Positions 10,081 through 19,822 of a DNA stretch of 64,000 bases are shown piece by piece. The stretch is from contig CAWGAA010000001.1 of assembly GCA_963820525.1 (NCBI GenBank), positions 2,912,001 to 2,976,000 on the forward strand, written 5' to 3'. The notes below the pieces were generated by a model. That model was not told the origin of the DNA and made no database searches. It was given only the letters and a program-made list of their open reading frames with translations. Each line of letters starts with the position of its first letter. The stretch's first letter is position 1. Source of the stretch: an uncultured Spirochaetota bacterium (GTDB taxonomy: Bacteria > Spirochaetota > Spirochaetia > SZUA-6 > Fen-1364). A program made the translations under genes and the position numbers.

Positions 10081-10766
10081 TTCTTGTCTTCGAGTTTTCC
10101 CATCTTGGCCTTGAGGTCCTCCAGAAGCTTGTCGGCGCTGGAGTCGGAGCCCTCCAGCTCCTTGAACTTGTCCTCCAGCTTCTGGTCCGCGCTGATCGAG
10201 GTGAGCTCGGCAGATGCCTCCGCCTCGGCTTCCAGCTGATCCACCTTGGCCGCCATGCGGTCGAAAGTGTCGAATGAGGAGCCGGCACCGAGGGTGCCCA
10301 GGGTCTGCTGGATCTGCTTCTGCGCTTCCGCCCTCTTGGCGCGGGCGATGAGAAGGTTCTTCTTTCGGGATGCCTCCTCGATCTTGGCCTGGAGCTGCCG
10401 CAGGGCGTCCTTGAGCTGTTCGACGGAGGCATACTGGCCGTCGTACTCCTTCTTGAACTGGGCGGAGTAGCCCTCGTACTCCTGCTTGCGCAGGAGCGCC
10501 TCCTTCGCCAGGTCGTCCTTGCCGGCCTTGACGGCGAGCATCGCCTTTCTCTCCCACTCGTCGGCCTGGCCCTTGTTCTCCAGCATCTGGCGCTCGAGCT
10601 TCTTCTCATCCGCGATGGACATGGCCACCTGCTTCTTTGCCTCGATGAGCTGCTCGTTCATGTCCATGATCAGCTGGTTGAGCATCTTCTCGGGATCCTC
10701 GGCCTTGCTGATGAGGGCATTGATATTCGCTTTCAGGACCGTCCTGATCCTATCGATGATTCCCAT
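10077..10766 (-). CDS. pspA: PspA/IM30 family protein
   Basis: KANINALISKAEDPEKML, WERKAMLAV..G.DDLAKEAL, coiled coil; AGGAGG RBS. Confidence 0.93.
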   Translation of the reverse strand: MGIIDRIRTVLKANINALISKAEDPEKMLNQLIMDMNEQLIEAKKQVAMSIADEKKLERQMLENKGQADEWERKAMLAVKAGKDDLAKEALLRKQEYEGYSAQFKKEYDGQYASVEQLKDALRQLQAKIEEASRKKNLLIARAKRAEAQKQIQQTLGTLGAGSSFDTFDRMAAKVDQLEAEAEASAELTSISADQKLEDKFKELEGSDSSADKLLEDLKAKMGKLEDKK

Positions 10767-10785
10767 GGAGGTTCCTCCTGAATTA

Positions 10786-11172
10786 CTACGCTGCGCGGTA
10801 CCGGGAGAGGGTCTTGTAGTGCTGGGCGAGGGCGAGGCCAATGGCGTCGATGGAAGCCTGGAACTCCTCCAGGTCCATGTCGTCCCCCTCGAGGGTGTCG
10901 ATGATGATGACGTTGCCGCCGTCCAGAGCGTACGCGCCGTGCACCATGTCGGTGGCGTTCAGCCGCAGGAGCTCTTCGAACAGCTCGCCCTTCCTCCCCT
11001 TGGGGACCGACATCACGTTGGTTCGCATCACCACCAGAGAATCTACGACCATGATGAGCAGGTTGTCGAGACCTTTCTCCAGATCCCTCACGACCCAGGT
11101 GTTCTCCTGTCCTTCCTGATAGGTCAGGGAGAGTTTCATGAGGTATCCTTCGATCTTTTCCTTGGAGATCAT
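10786..11172 (-). CDS. CesT/YbjN-like chaperone-fold protein
   Basis: 128 aa acidic protein with LLRLNA..MVHGAYAL motif. Confidence 0.75.
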   Translation of the reverse strand: MISKEKIEGYLMKLSLTYQEGQENTWVVRDLEKGLDNLLIMVVDSLVVMRTNVMSVPKGRKGELFEELLRLNATDMVHGAYALDGGNVIIIDTLEGDDMDLEEFQASIDAIGLALAQHYKTLSRYRAA

Positions 11173-11180
11173 GGGACCTC

Positions 11181-11731
11181 CTAGCCGAGGAAGACTTGTC
11201 CGGCGTTGTCGATTGCGAGAATGGTTTTACATTCGGAGCAGCGGAAGCGTCCCGCCTTCGAGGCCTTCAGCTTCTTGCTGCAGATGGGGCACTTGAAGAT
11301 CTTCGGGAACACGGTGCCCTTCCCCTCTTCGCTCTTGGCCGCGAAGAAGGCGACCGCCTCTTCAAGGTTCTCCTTGATATTGAAGAACTGGGAGAAGCCG
11401 AGAAGCTGGAACACCTCGTACACCTTGGGCTGGATCTCCAGGAGCACGAGGTCTCCCCCCGCGGCTTCACGGCCTTGAGGAAAGCGGTGAAGGGCCCGAT
11501 GCCCGTGCTGGAGACGTAGTTGAGGCCGCTGCAATGGAAGATGAGCTTTATGTATCCGGTTTCGATGGCCTTGGCGACGCGCTTCTGAAAATAGTTCGAG
11601 TTGTAGGTGTCGATGTAGCCCGTGAGATACAGAACGAGGCACCCTTCGGCGTCATCGATTTTCTGGAGTCGGATCTTGAGGCTGTCGTCCTTTTCGTCGT
11701 CGAACCCCGGTACGATCTCGTTGTTACTCAT
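11181..11731 (-). pseudogene. STAS (anti-sigma antagonist) + C-terminal zinc ribbon, frameshifted
   Basis: N-half (LTGYIDTYNS, LNYVSSTGIG) and C-half (DLVLL..VYEVFQLLGF, CPIC, CSEC) lie in different frames; break at a G6 run, 11455-11460. Confidence 0.85.
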
Positions 11732-11845
11732 GGCGCCCCTTGCCTGCAATGTTTCCCTTGGATCTAAAGCGCTCATCTAAATATATCCAATAGAGTAGTA
11801 TGACACAACGCTCTGCAGTATATGGCCCGCTCTGACGTAATCACT

Positions 11846-11874
11846 ATTGTAAGGGGTTTTGCTATATTTGTCAA
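11846..11874 (-). promoter_or_regulatory. Near-consensus sigma70 promoter of the STAS-CesT-pspA-regulator operon
   Basis: TTGACA-17-TACAAT on the minus strand. Confidence 0.75.
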
Positions 11875-11997
11875 ATAGATCATATAGTCTACGGAATTGC
11901 CGATTCTCCACCTCCCAGCGCCAGAACACGAATACGTTTACCGTTTCATCGAAGCCTTCATCTCCAACGGGTCTGGCGGCTATGCCTCTTGTTTTTC

Positions 11998-12660
11998 TTA
12001 TCGGTTTGGATCCCATTGAAGTGAAAGACTTCCGACGTTCAGCGTCGTGGTATCCACCGCGCTTTCTCCTCCCAAGGGGAGCCTGAACACCCCCCGATAC
12101 CTGGCGCTGAGAAGCATCTCTCCCAGGCGTGAGGATACGCCGGCGGAGGCGGCATAGAGCTGGCGCGCTTTCACCGCCGCTTCATACAGGTCGTATTCCA
12201 CGTCGAAGCCGATGTCGAGGGCGGTGCCTTTGACCGGCTTCAGCCCCACGTCGATCCCGCCCTTCAGCGCCGTATAGTCGCGGGAAAGCCCCGTGGAATC
12301 GAGCCCGGGAGAGGATGCCCACTTGGCTCCGGTTTTCAGCCCGATGGTGAAGATATCCGCTATCTTCATTTTCGCATCCGGCTCCAGGGAGAGATAGGAA
12401 TAGTCGCCGGCCCGCAACAGATAGTCCTTGGCCGAGTAGCGGATCAACAGCCCGAAGTCCAGCGGGTCCGCGCTCTCCGAGACATGAAGGGAGACCGCAT
12501 TGCGCAGGGAGGAGGGAATGAGGATGTCTTCGTCCGGGTCGGGGTTCTCGATCGTGCCTTCCGTGATCTCGTATCTCATCGAGAAGACAGGCAGCTTCCA
12601 GTCCAGGGAGGAGGCGGGAAGACACGCAGCGCAGAGCAGGAGGATGGCGGTTTTTTTCAT
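11998..12660 (-). CDS. Secreted beta-rich protein, possible outer-membrane barrel
   Basis: Signal peptide; amphipathic beta-strand pattern ending ..SLSLQW. Confidence 0.6.
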   Translation of the reverse strand: MKKTAILLLCAACLPASSLDWKLPVFSMRYEITEGTIENPDPDEDILIPSSLRNAVSLHVSESADPLDFGLLIRYSAKDYLLRAGDYSYLSLEPDAKMKIADIFTIGLKTGAKWASSPGLDSTGLSRDYTALKGGIDVGLKPVKGTALDIGFDVEYDLYEAAVKARQLYAASAGVSSRLGEMLLSARYRGVFRLPLGGESAVDTTTLNVGSLSLQWDPNR

Positions 12661-12800
12661 AACGATATTATCGGTGGATGGGCTCGAACACTGAGAGTGA
12701 GATCGTCCCGCGGGACGGCGGGAAAAACGGCAGTTCGTCGCCGCTTCCGGCCGCCGGCCGCTTTTTCACGAAGCTCACATCGGTTACGATACTCACCGCC

Positions 12801-13544
12801 ATGAGCAGCGAACGTCGCATCCGGATCATCCTCGTGCGGCCCAAGGAGAGCCGGAACGTCGGCGCCGTCTGCCGCGCCATGAAGAACATGGGCCTCACCT
12901 CGCTCTCCATCGTCATGGATGGGCTCATCGACCCCTCGTCGGCCGGGGCCCTTGCGCATTACGCGGCCGACGTGCTGGAGAACGCGGAGGTGTATGGCGA
13001 TCTGCGCCAGGCGATTGGAGACGCGGTCCTTGTGGCGGGGACAACCCGCAGGCGCGGAAAAAGGCGGAAGTACTTCAGCATATTTCCCGAGCAGCTCGCC
13101 GAACGCATCGCGGCCGTCGCAAGCGGCACGGTGGCGATTCTCTTTGGCAACGAGGACACGGGGCTCACCGACGATGAGCTTTCACTTTGCCATCTCGCGG
13201 TCACCATCCCTTCCTCGGACGCCTTCCCCTCCCTCAACCTCTCGCACGCCGTTCAGATCGTCTGCTACGAGATATTCCGCGCCCTGTCCAGGGGCCACCT
13301 CACGCCCTTTTCCCCCATCGGCTCCCGTGAGGTGGATTCCCTCGTGTCGGTGATCACCCGGTCGCTCAAGGCCATCGGCTTCTTCAAGCTGGTGGGGCCC
13401 GAGCAGATGGGGGTTTTCCTGAAGGACATCATTGCCCGCGCCGGGCTTTCCGTGAACGAGGCGCGGCGGCTGGCAGTCGTGTTTCGAAAGATCGGCGGCC
13501 TGGTGACGAAAAGGGGAATTGACCGCGATGCCCTTCCCCCATAG
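12801..13544 (+). CDS. trmJ: TrmJ/TrmH-family SPOUT RNA methyltransferase
   Basis: NVGAVCRAMKNMG, LFGNEDTGL, SLNLSHAV. Confidence 0.88.
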   Translation: MSSERRIRIILVRPKESRNVGAVCRAMKNMGLTSLSIVMDGLIDPSSAGALAHYAADVLENAEVYGDLRQAIGDAVLVAGTTRRRGKRRKYFSIFPEQLAERIAAVASGTVAILFGNEDTGLTDDELSLCHLAVTIPSSDAFPSLNLSHAVQIVCYEIFRALSRGHLTPFSPIGSREVDSLVSVITRSLKAIGFFKLVGPEQMGVFLKDIIARAGLSVNEARRLAVVFRKIGGLVTKRGIDRDALPP

Positions 13545-13565
13545 TATGGCCACGGAGGCATCCCA

Positions 13566-14057
13566 ATGAGCAGAATCGCCAAAGGGGCGCTCGCCGGCGC
13601 CGCCCTTCTCCTCGCATTTCTGGCACCTTTTACATCGGCGATCTCCCGCTCCGATTTCGACAGGGTGGTGGACTTCACCATCACCTTGAAGACCGTTGCC
13701 GCAGCCGCCGCGGGGGAGGCGCCGCTTCCTTCCAATCGGCTTTTCATCCTGGACGGGACGGTGTCCGATATTTCGTTCGTCGACAAGGAGCAGGCGAGCT
13801 TCCGCGTGCGCATCCTGCTTATGTCCGGCGAGTGGATCGGGCTGGAAGACGTGAAGAGCTACGCGTGCTACGTCACGTTCTCCGGTCCTGAGTTCTTCGC
13901 TCTCTTTCCCGCGCGGCCGCCACGGGATGCCCCTCCTGGCATTGTGGTCCTCAATTCACACCTCCTCGTGGTGGCGCGTCCCGTGGAGGTAACCTCTTCG
14001 CCCCAGGGTGAAAAGCTGATGATGCTTGAAGGCTTCTCAGTGAGGGTGCTGCCCTAG
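13566..14057 (+). CDS. Exported hypothetical protein
   Basis: GGAGG RBS; N-terminal signal sequence. Confidence 0.65.
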   Translation: MSRIAKGALAGAALLLAFLAPFTSAISRSDFDRVVDFTITLKTVAAAAAGEAPLPSNRLFILDGTVSDISFVDKEQASFRVRILLMSGEWIGLEDVKSYACYVTFSGPEFFALFPARPPRDAPPGIVVLNSHLLVVARPVEVTSSPQGEKLMMLEGFSVRVLP

Positions 14058-14061
14058 ACCT

Positions 14062-14136
14062 GCGGCGGCTTTTCGAGCGGAGCGAGAAAAACGCCGCTGG
14101 GAGGGCGGCCCGCGTAGGGGACGGCGAGAGCCCCGG
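14062..14136. repeat. Dispersed palindromic intergenic repeat, copy A
   Basis: 41 bp core at 14062-14102 is the reverse complement of 60113-60153 with 2 mismatches. Confidence 0.8.
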
Positions 14137-14178
14137 GGTTCACCGAAAGGTCCGCCCACCCCTGCGGCGCAGCCGCGA

Positions 14179-15321
14179 TCAGTCGAAGAGGATGCTGCGC
14201 TCCTCGAGGCATCCGCCGCTCCCCGCCGGCTCTCCCATGGCGAGAAGAGACCTCTCCAGCACGTTTCGAAGCTCCCGCACGTTGCCCGGCCACGCGTGGG
14301 CAATGAGCTTCTCCCGCGCCCCCTGAGACAATCCGAGCTCTCCGCGTGAGAGAGAACCGAGAAGATGGACCGCGATGATGATGATGTCTTCTCTTCGCTC
14401 CCGTAAAGGGGGCGTGCGGATGGGAAGCACGCTCAAGCGATAGTAGAGGTCTTCCCGGAACGCTCCCTTCCTCACTTCATCTTTCAGGTCCCTGTTCGTT
14501 GCTGAGATCACGCGAACGTCGGCCTCGGTGGCGCGGGTCGCTCCCACGCGGGTCACGGCCTTCTCCTCCAGGACCCGCAGGAGCCTCGTCTGGGCCTTCG
14601 GGGAGAGCTCCCCGATCTCGTCGAGAAAAAGCGTGCCGCCGTTCGCCCGCTCGAAGCTGCCCGATTTGCTGATAGCGTCCGTGAAGGCGCCCTTCTCGGA
14701 GCCGAAAAGCTCGGTCTCCAGGATGCTCTCGGCGAAGGCTCCGCAGTTGAGCGCCACGAAAGGCCGGGGGGAGCGCCGCGACACGTTGTGGATCGCGTGC
14801 GCGACGAGCTCTTTTCCCGTCCCGCTCTCGCCGTGGATCAGGACGGGAGAATCTGATGGCCCATAGCGGTGGATGAGCTGCCTGACCTCGCGGATGGCCG
14901 CGCTCTCCCCGACGATTCCATGCACCTCTGGCTCCCGCTCCTCCGAGACGACGGTCCTCGAGTCGACGTTCCTCACGGCCCTGCAGAGGGTTCCTTCAAG
15001 CTCGACAAGCTCATAGGGCTTCACCATGTAGTCATATGCGCCGGCTTGGATCGCTTCCTTCACCAATCGGACGCTGGAGAGCGCCGTCAGCATTACCACG
15101 GGCGGCGCCGAAGGCCTGGCGAGTATCTCCTTGAGCAGGCGGATCCCGTCCACGTCCGGGAGGCCGATGTCGAGGAGCACGACGTCGGGGCGTTCTGCGG
15201 ACATCATCGCAAGGCCTTCGGCGCCGGTGTATGCGGAGAGAAGCGCATACGGCTCGGGCAGGACGAAGTCGAGGGTTTTGTGGGCCTGGGGATCGTCATC
15301 GATGAAAAGGACTTTCACCAT
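14179..15321 (-). CDS. Sigma-54 activator (receiver + AAA+), no C-terminal HTH
   Basis: IDDD..LLD..K receiver; GESGTGKE, GAFTDA, LFLDEI, WPGNVREL; ends about 27 aa later. Confidence 0.9.
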   Translation of the reverse strand: MVKVLFIDDDPQAHKTLDFVLPEPYALLSAYTGAEGLAMMSAERPDVVLLDIGLPDVDGIRLLKEILARPSAPPVVMLTALSSVRLVKEAIQAGAYDYMVKPYELVELEGTLCRAVRNVDSRTVVSEEREPEVHGIVGESAAIREVRQLIHRYGPSDSPVLIHGESGTGKELVAHAIHNVSRRSPRPFVALNCGAFAESILETELFGSEKGAFTDAISKSGSFERANGGTLFLDEIGELSPKAQTRLLRVLEEKAVTRVGATRATEADVRVISATNRDLKDEVRKGAFREDLYYRLSVLPIRTPPLRERREDIIIIAVHLLGSLSRGELGLSQGAREKLIAHAWPGNVRELRNVLERSLLAMGEPAGSGGCLEERSILFD

Positions 15322-15400
15322 GGGAACAGCACTTTCTTGACGGCGCCGATGATAGGAGAAAAGCCGGCAAGGGGCAAGAGCTTGCCATGGGATGCGGCTT

Positions 15401-16126
15401 TCAGCCTTTTCCCAGAGCATCCCTCCTGGTCTTTGCGCCCTTCTCGAGCGTGCTCGCTCTCAGAAAGCCCCAGAGCAGGAACGCCGCTCCGAGCATCTCC
15501 GCCGGATAGAGCCCGATAGTCTGGCCGGCCCGCGCCCGGAAACCCGCGGCGGCGATTATCAGCGTCCCCAGCGCAATGAGCACATTGGCCCACACGCGGT
15601 AACTGTACTCTCTTTTGCGGGAGAAGAGGATGATCGAATAGACGGCGCCGCCGAGGAGGAACACGGTGCCGGGAATGTTTATGAAGAGCGAGCAGATCCT
15701 CGGGAAGGAAAGCGATGACCCCAGGGCTTTTCCTCCCACGGTGATTCCCGCGACGAGCCGTGCAGTGTCCAGTGGATGGGTGAAAGCGCCGATAAGGAAA
15801 ATCGCCATTATGGAGAAGGTGTAGGCAAGAAAAATGTGTCCCCAGATCCGTCTTTTTGCAATCAAGTAGAGCACGCCCAGCCCCAGGAAGCCTACCAAGG
15901 AGGCTGCGATGACGATGTAGACGCGATATACCGTTGGATCCCAGCTTCGGGTCAGCTCTGAATAGGACTCCATGAAGGCGCCGAGGGTGTAGAGCAAGAA
16001 CCCCGCTGCCCAGGAGATCTGGTGAAGCTGCCTCCTTCTGAGGTACTGCCGCAGGAGCAACGCCGTGAAAATTGTTCCGATGATGGCCGTCGCCAGCGGC
16101 CATGCCCAGTGCGACCAGAAGCTCAT
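15401..16126 (-). CDS. Multi-pass membrane protein
   Basis: About 7 hydrophobic segments; start uncertain (16126 or 16147). Confidence 0.7.
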   Translation of the reverse strand: MSFWSHWAWPLATAIIGTIFTALLLRQYLRRRQLHQISWAAGFLLYTLGAFMESYSELTRSWDPTVYRVYIVIAASLVGFLGLGVLYLIAKRRIWGHIFLAYTFSIMAIFLIGAFTHPLDTARLVAGITVGGKALGSSLSFPRICSLFINIPGTVFLLGGAVYSIILFSRKREYSYRVWANVLIALGTLIIAAAGFRARAGQTIGLYPAEMLGAAFLLWGFLRASTLEKGAKTRRDALGKG

Positions 16127-16242
16127 GGCTCTCGCCTCCGAGGTCATGCTACGAATTGCCCTGCGCTTTTTCAAGCTGTTTGGGTTGTGCCGTCCTGGAA
16201 TGCGCTTGCCATGGGGCGGCCGGGGAGGATACCTTTCTGCCC

Positions 16243-17169
16243 ATGTCATCGAGAAGCTCTCTTGCCATCGCCCCGGCCATCGCCATCACGGTGCTTTTCT
16301 GGGGCTCGGCGTTCGCCGCCATTCGCGCCGGGCTTCAGTCGTTCTCCCCCACGCACCTCGCGCTCCTTCGTTTCCTGTCAGCCTCTCTCGCTTTAGTGAT
16401 CTTCGCCGTGGTCACGCGCATGCGCCTTCCCGCATTGAAAGACCTGCCCGCGGTCTTCCTGCTGGGGCTCCTGGGCTTCGCCTTCTACAACATTGCGTTG
16501 AACATCGGAGAGCAGAGCGTCCAGGCGGGTCCGGCGGCGCTCCTCATCCAGACCGCGCCTATCTGGACGGCCCTTCTCGCTTCGATCTTTCTTGCCGAGC
16601 GGCTGAACGTGATGGGTTGGGGGGGAATCGGGCTCGGCTTTGCCGGCGCGCTTCTCATCGCCTTCGGCAAGGGGGAGAGTCTCGGACAGGGAATGGGAAG
16701 CGCGCCACTGTGGAGCGCGGCGCTGATCGTGGCAGCCGCCCTTTCCGCGAGCGCATACAGCATCATCCAGAAGCGCATGCTCTCCCGCTACCGTCCCGTG
16801 GAGATCACCACGTACGCGATCTGGGCGGCCACTCTGCTTCTCCTGCCGTTCTCTCCGGGACTGCCGGCCGCGCTCTCCTCGGCGCCTGCCGCGTCGACGA
16901 TCGCGGTGGTGTACCTCGGCGTTGGGCCGGCAGCCCTTGCCTACGCTACGTGGGCGGTCGTGCTCTCGAGACTCCCTGCTGGACGCGCAGCGAGCTTTCT
17001 CTACGCGGTCCCCATCATAGCTTTCCTCATCGGCTGGCTGTGGCTGGGCGAAGTGCCGACCCTCCGAGACCTTGTGGGGGGTAGTATTGCCCTTGGCGGG
17101 GTGGCCGTGGTCAATACGGTGGGTCGCGGTGCGGTACAGCGGGAAGGCGGCACAGCGGGCGGCAGGTAG
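16243..17169 (+). CDS. DMT/EamA family transporter
   Basis: LFWGSAF..IR, LRF, two EamA repeats, 10 TM. Confidence 0.9.
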   Translation: MSSRSSLAIAPAIAITVLFWGSAFAAIRAGLQSFSPTHLALLRFLSASLALVIFAVVTRMRLPALKDLPAVFLLGLLGFAFYNIALNIGEQSVQAGPAALLIQTAPIWTALLASIFLAERLNVMGWGGIGLGFAGALLIAFGKGESLGQGMGSAPLWSAALIVAAALSASAYSIIQKRMLSRYRPVEITTYAIWAATLLLLPFSPGLPAALSSAPAASTIAVVYLGVGPAALAYATWAVVLSRLPAGRAASFLYAVPIIAFLIGWLWLGEVPTLRDLVGGSIALGGVAVVNTVGRGAVQREGGTAGGR

Positions 17170-17188
17170 CGAGCCTGCCCGGCCGGGC

Positions 17189-18226
17189 TCAGGAAGGCTC
17201 GGCAAGCTTCCCGGATTCCCAGAGCTTCCTGAAAGCCGACACGACGCCGGGATCGAACTGGCTGCCTGCCGCGTTCGTGATTTCCTGCACGGCCCGATCC
17301 GGGCTCAACCTGTCGCGATACGGTCTTCCTCCCGTCATTGCCGTAAACGCGTCCACCACCGCGATGATCCTGCTGGCCAGGGGGATCCTCTCTCCCGCAA
17401 GGCCTTCGGGGTACCCGCCGCCGTTGAAGCGCTCGTGATGGGAGAATACCTGGGGGAGCACCCGCTCTAGAAACGGAATCCCCTTGAGCATTTCCCTTCC
17501 TTTCTCAGTATGCCGCTCGATCTCCTTGTGCTCGCTTGCCTCCAGCGGGCCCCTCTTCTCCAGAAGGGTGTCGGGCACGGCGAGCATCCCCAGATCGTGG
17601 AGCAGTGCGCCCAGCTCCAGGATCAGGAGCTCTTCCTCGGCCATTCCCATCTCTCGCCCTATGGCCTTGGCCAATGATGTTCCCCGAAGGTCGAAGCCCG
17701 TGGCCTGGGTTTCGCGCTTCTCCTGCGCCTGGACGACGAGGGTGATGGTGTCGATGAAGGCCCGATAGAGCTGGCGGTTTCGTTGCTTGAGGTGGGAGAT
17801 GAGCAGGGCGCCGGTCTCGCGCAGCCGGGAGCTCAGCTCCTTCAGTATCTGGTAGGCGAGAACGGGGGCCTTGTACAGGAGGGTCTCGAAATCGTTTCTG
17901 GAGATCTCCAGGACGATGGTCGGCTCGAGTGCGCGGGCCGTGGCGGATCGCCTTCCCTCGTCAAGGAGCGCCATTTCCCCGAAGAAGTCCCCGTCGCTCT
18001 GGACGGCCAGGACGAACTCCTCGCCGCCCTCGAACCTCTTCGTTATCTCTATCTTTCCCTTGTAGATGATGAAGAAACGCTCCGCCTCGGAGAACTCCTC
18101 GACGATCGCGGCCCCCTTCGGGTAGTGCTTCTCCGCGATGATCGGAGCGATCTGGCTGAGGTCGTAGTCGGACATGCTGGCGAAAAACGAGATCTCTCTC
18201 AATATCTCCTTGACCGGTTTAGCCGT
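17189..18226 (-). CDS. cNMP-binding + HD-GYP domain protein
   Basis: GDFFGEMALL..RSATARA; LHDLG, HHERFNGGGYP, RIIAVVD, RPYR; start ambiguous (ACG 18226 or TTG 18202). Confidence 0.88.
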   Translation of the reverse strand, partial: TAKPVKEILREISFFASMSDYDLSQIAPIIAEKHYPKGAAIVEEFSEAERFFIIYKGKIEITKRFEGGEEFVLAVQSDGDFFGEMALLDEGRRSATARALEPTIVLEISRNDFETLLYKAPVLAYQILKELSSRLRETGALLISHLKQRNRQLYRAFIDTITLVVQAQEKRETQATGFDLRGTSLAKAIGREMGMAEEELLILELGALLHDLGMLAVPDTLLEKRGPLEASEHKEIERHTEKGREMLKGIPFLERVLPQVFSHHERFNGGGYPEGLAGERIPLASRIIAVVDAFTAMTGGRPYRDRLSPDRAVQEITNAAGSQFDPGVVSAFRKLWESGKLAEPS

Positions 18227-18442
18227 GGCACGCGCTCCTTCCCAGAATTACCAAGGGGTAATCAATTATACGGCTGGAGAGGACGCAGGGCAACCCGGGC
18301 GTCGCGGGGGGAACATGCCCCGGCCGCCGGCAAAGCGGGCCCCGAAGCGGCTGCGCTCTCTGACGATACGATCCGTCGGGCTGCCCCAGCGCCTTGATTT
18401 TCCCGGCCTACTTCCTATCATTGCCTTCGCAGGCGCATTGCT

Positions 18443-19822
18443 ATGAGCACGTTTCTTATATTGGAGAAAGACCAGGAATCCAGCTCCGACATCTGCCAGT
18501 TTTTCGACAACATCGGCCATTCGATGCACCAGGCCGTCGACTACTCGGAGGCCGTGTCGCTGTTGGAAAGCCACTCCTATGACGTGGTGATAAGCAGCGC
18601 CACAATGTCCGGGGGGACGATTCACCAGCTCATCCGCGAGGTGAAGCGGAGGAACCCCGACGCCGAGATCGTGGTCCTCACCGACCTCACCTCCATCCAT
18701 GAAGGGATCGAGGCGGTGCGCGAGGGAGCCTTCGGCATCGTTCAGAAGCCTTTCAGCATCCCGGAGCTCAATTTCCAGATCAAAAGAGCCCTGGAGAAGC
18801 TCGGACAGAAGGGACAGGCTTCCGGCGCGGCGGAGCTTACCGAGGACGTCTACAGGCCCTACAACTTCATCGGGGAGAGCCTGGAGATCAAGAAGATCTT
18901 CAAGATCGTCAACCGCGTCGCCAAGACCGACTCCAGCGTCATCATCACGGGTGAGACGGGAACCGGCAAAGAGCTTGTCGCCGGCGCCATTCACTACAAC
19001 AGCACCCGCTCCGGCGGGCCGTTCGTGCGGGTCAACTGCGCGGCCCTGCCCGAGCAGCTCCTGGAGGCCGAGCTTTTCGGCCATGAGAAGGGGGCTTTCA
19101 CCGGCGCCGATCGAATCCGCGTGGGCCGCTTCGAGCACGCCAACGGCGGCAGTATCTTCCTGGACGAGATCGCGGACATGAGCCTTTTCACCCAGGCCAA
19201 AGTGCTGCGTGTCATCCAGGAGAAGGAGTTCGAGCGACTGGGCTCAAACCAGACCTTGAAAACGGATGTACGGATCATTTCAGCCACCAACCGCGACCTG
19301 ATGGAGCGGATGCAGCAGGGCTTGTTTCGAGAAGACCTCTACTACAGGCTGAACGTTGTCACCATTCGGCTGCCGCCGCTTCGGGAGCGGGACGGGGACC
19401 TGGGACTTCTGATCCAGTTCTTTCTCAAGAGGTCCGCGCTCAAAATGAACAAGAAGATCCGCGGCATCGAGCCCGGGGCCATGAAGATCCTATCCGAGTA
19501 CCACTGGCCGGGGAACATCCGGGAGCTCGAGAATACCATGGAGAGGGCCGTTCTGCTCGCCGAAGGCGACATGATCACGACGGAAGACCTCAACCTCTTC
19601 TTCGCTCATGAGGGTCAGAAGGATGACGCCGAGCGGATCCGTCTCCCCGCCGCCGGAATCAGGCTGGAGGATGCCGAACGCGACCTCATCGAGCAGGCGC
19701 TGGAGCGCAGCGGATGGGTCCAGAAGGAGGCCGCCCGCCTTCTTGGCGTATCCAGCCGTTCCCTGAACTACAAGATCAAGATCTTCGGCATCACGCATCC
19801 GAGCTGGAGGCAGAACAGGTAA
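18443..19822 (+). CDS. Sigma-54 activator (pseudo-receiver + AAA+ + Fis HTH)
   Basis: GETGTGKE, GAFTGA, FLDEI, WPGNIREL, EAARLLGVS. Confidence 0.92.
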   Translation: MSTFLILEKDQESSSDICQFFDNIGHSMHQAVDYSEAVSLLESHSYDVVISSATMSGGTIHQLIREVKRRNPDAEIVVLTDLTSIHEGIEAVREGAFGIVQKPFSIPELNFQIKRALEKLGQKGQASGAAELTEDVYRPYNFIGESLEIKKIFKIVNRVAKTDSSVIITGETGTGKELVAGAIHYNSTRSGGPFVRVNCAALPEQLLEAELFGHEKGAFTGADRIRVGRFEHANGGSIFLDEIADMSLFTQAKVLRVIQEKEFERLGSNQTLKTDVRIISATNRDLMERMQQGLFREDLYYRLNVVTIRLPPLRERDGDLGLLIQFFLKRSALKMNKKIRGIEPGAMKILSEYHWPGNIRELENTMERAVLLAEGDMITTEDLNLFFAHEGQKDDAERIRLPAAGIRLEDAERDLIEQALERSGWVQKEAARLLGVSSRSLNYKIKIFGITHPSWRQNR

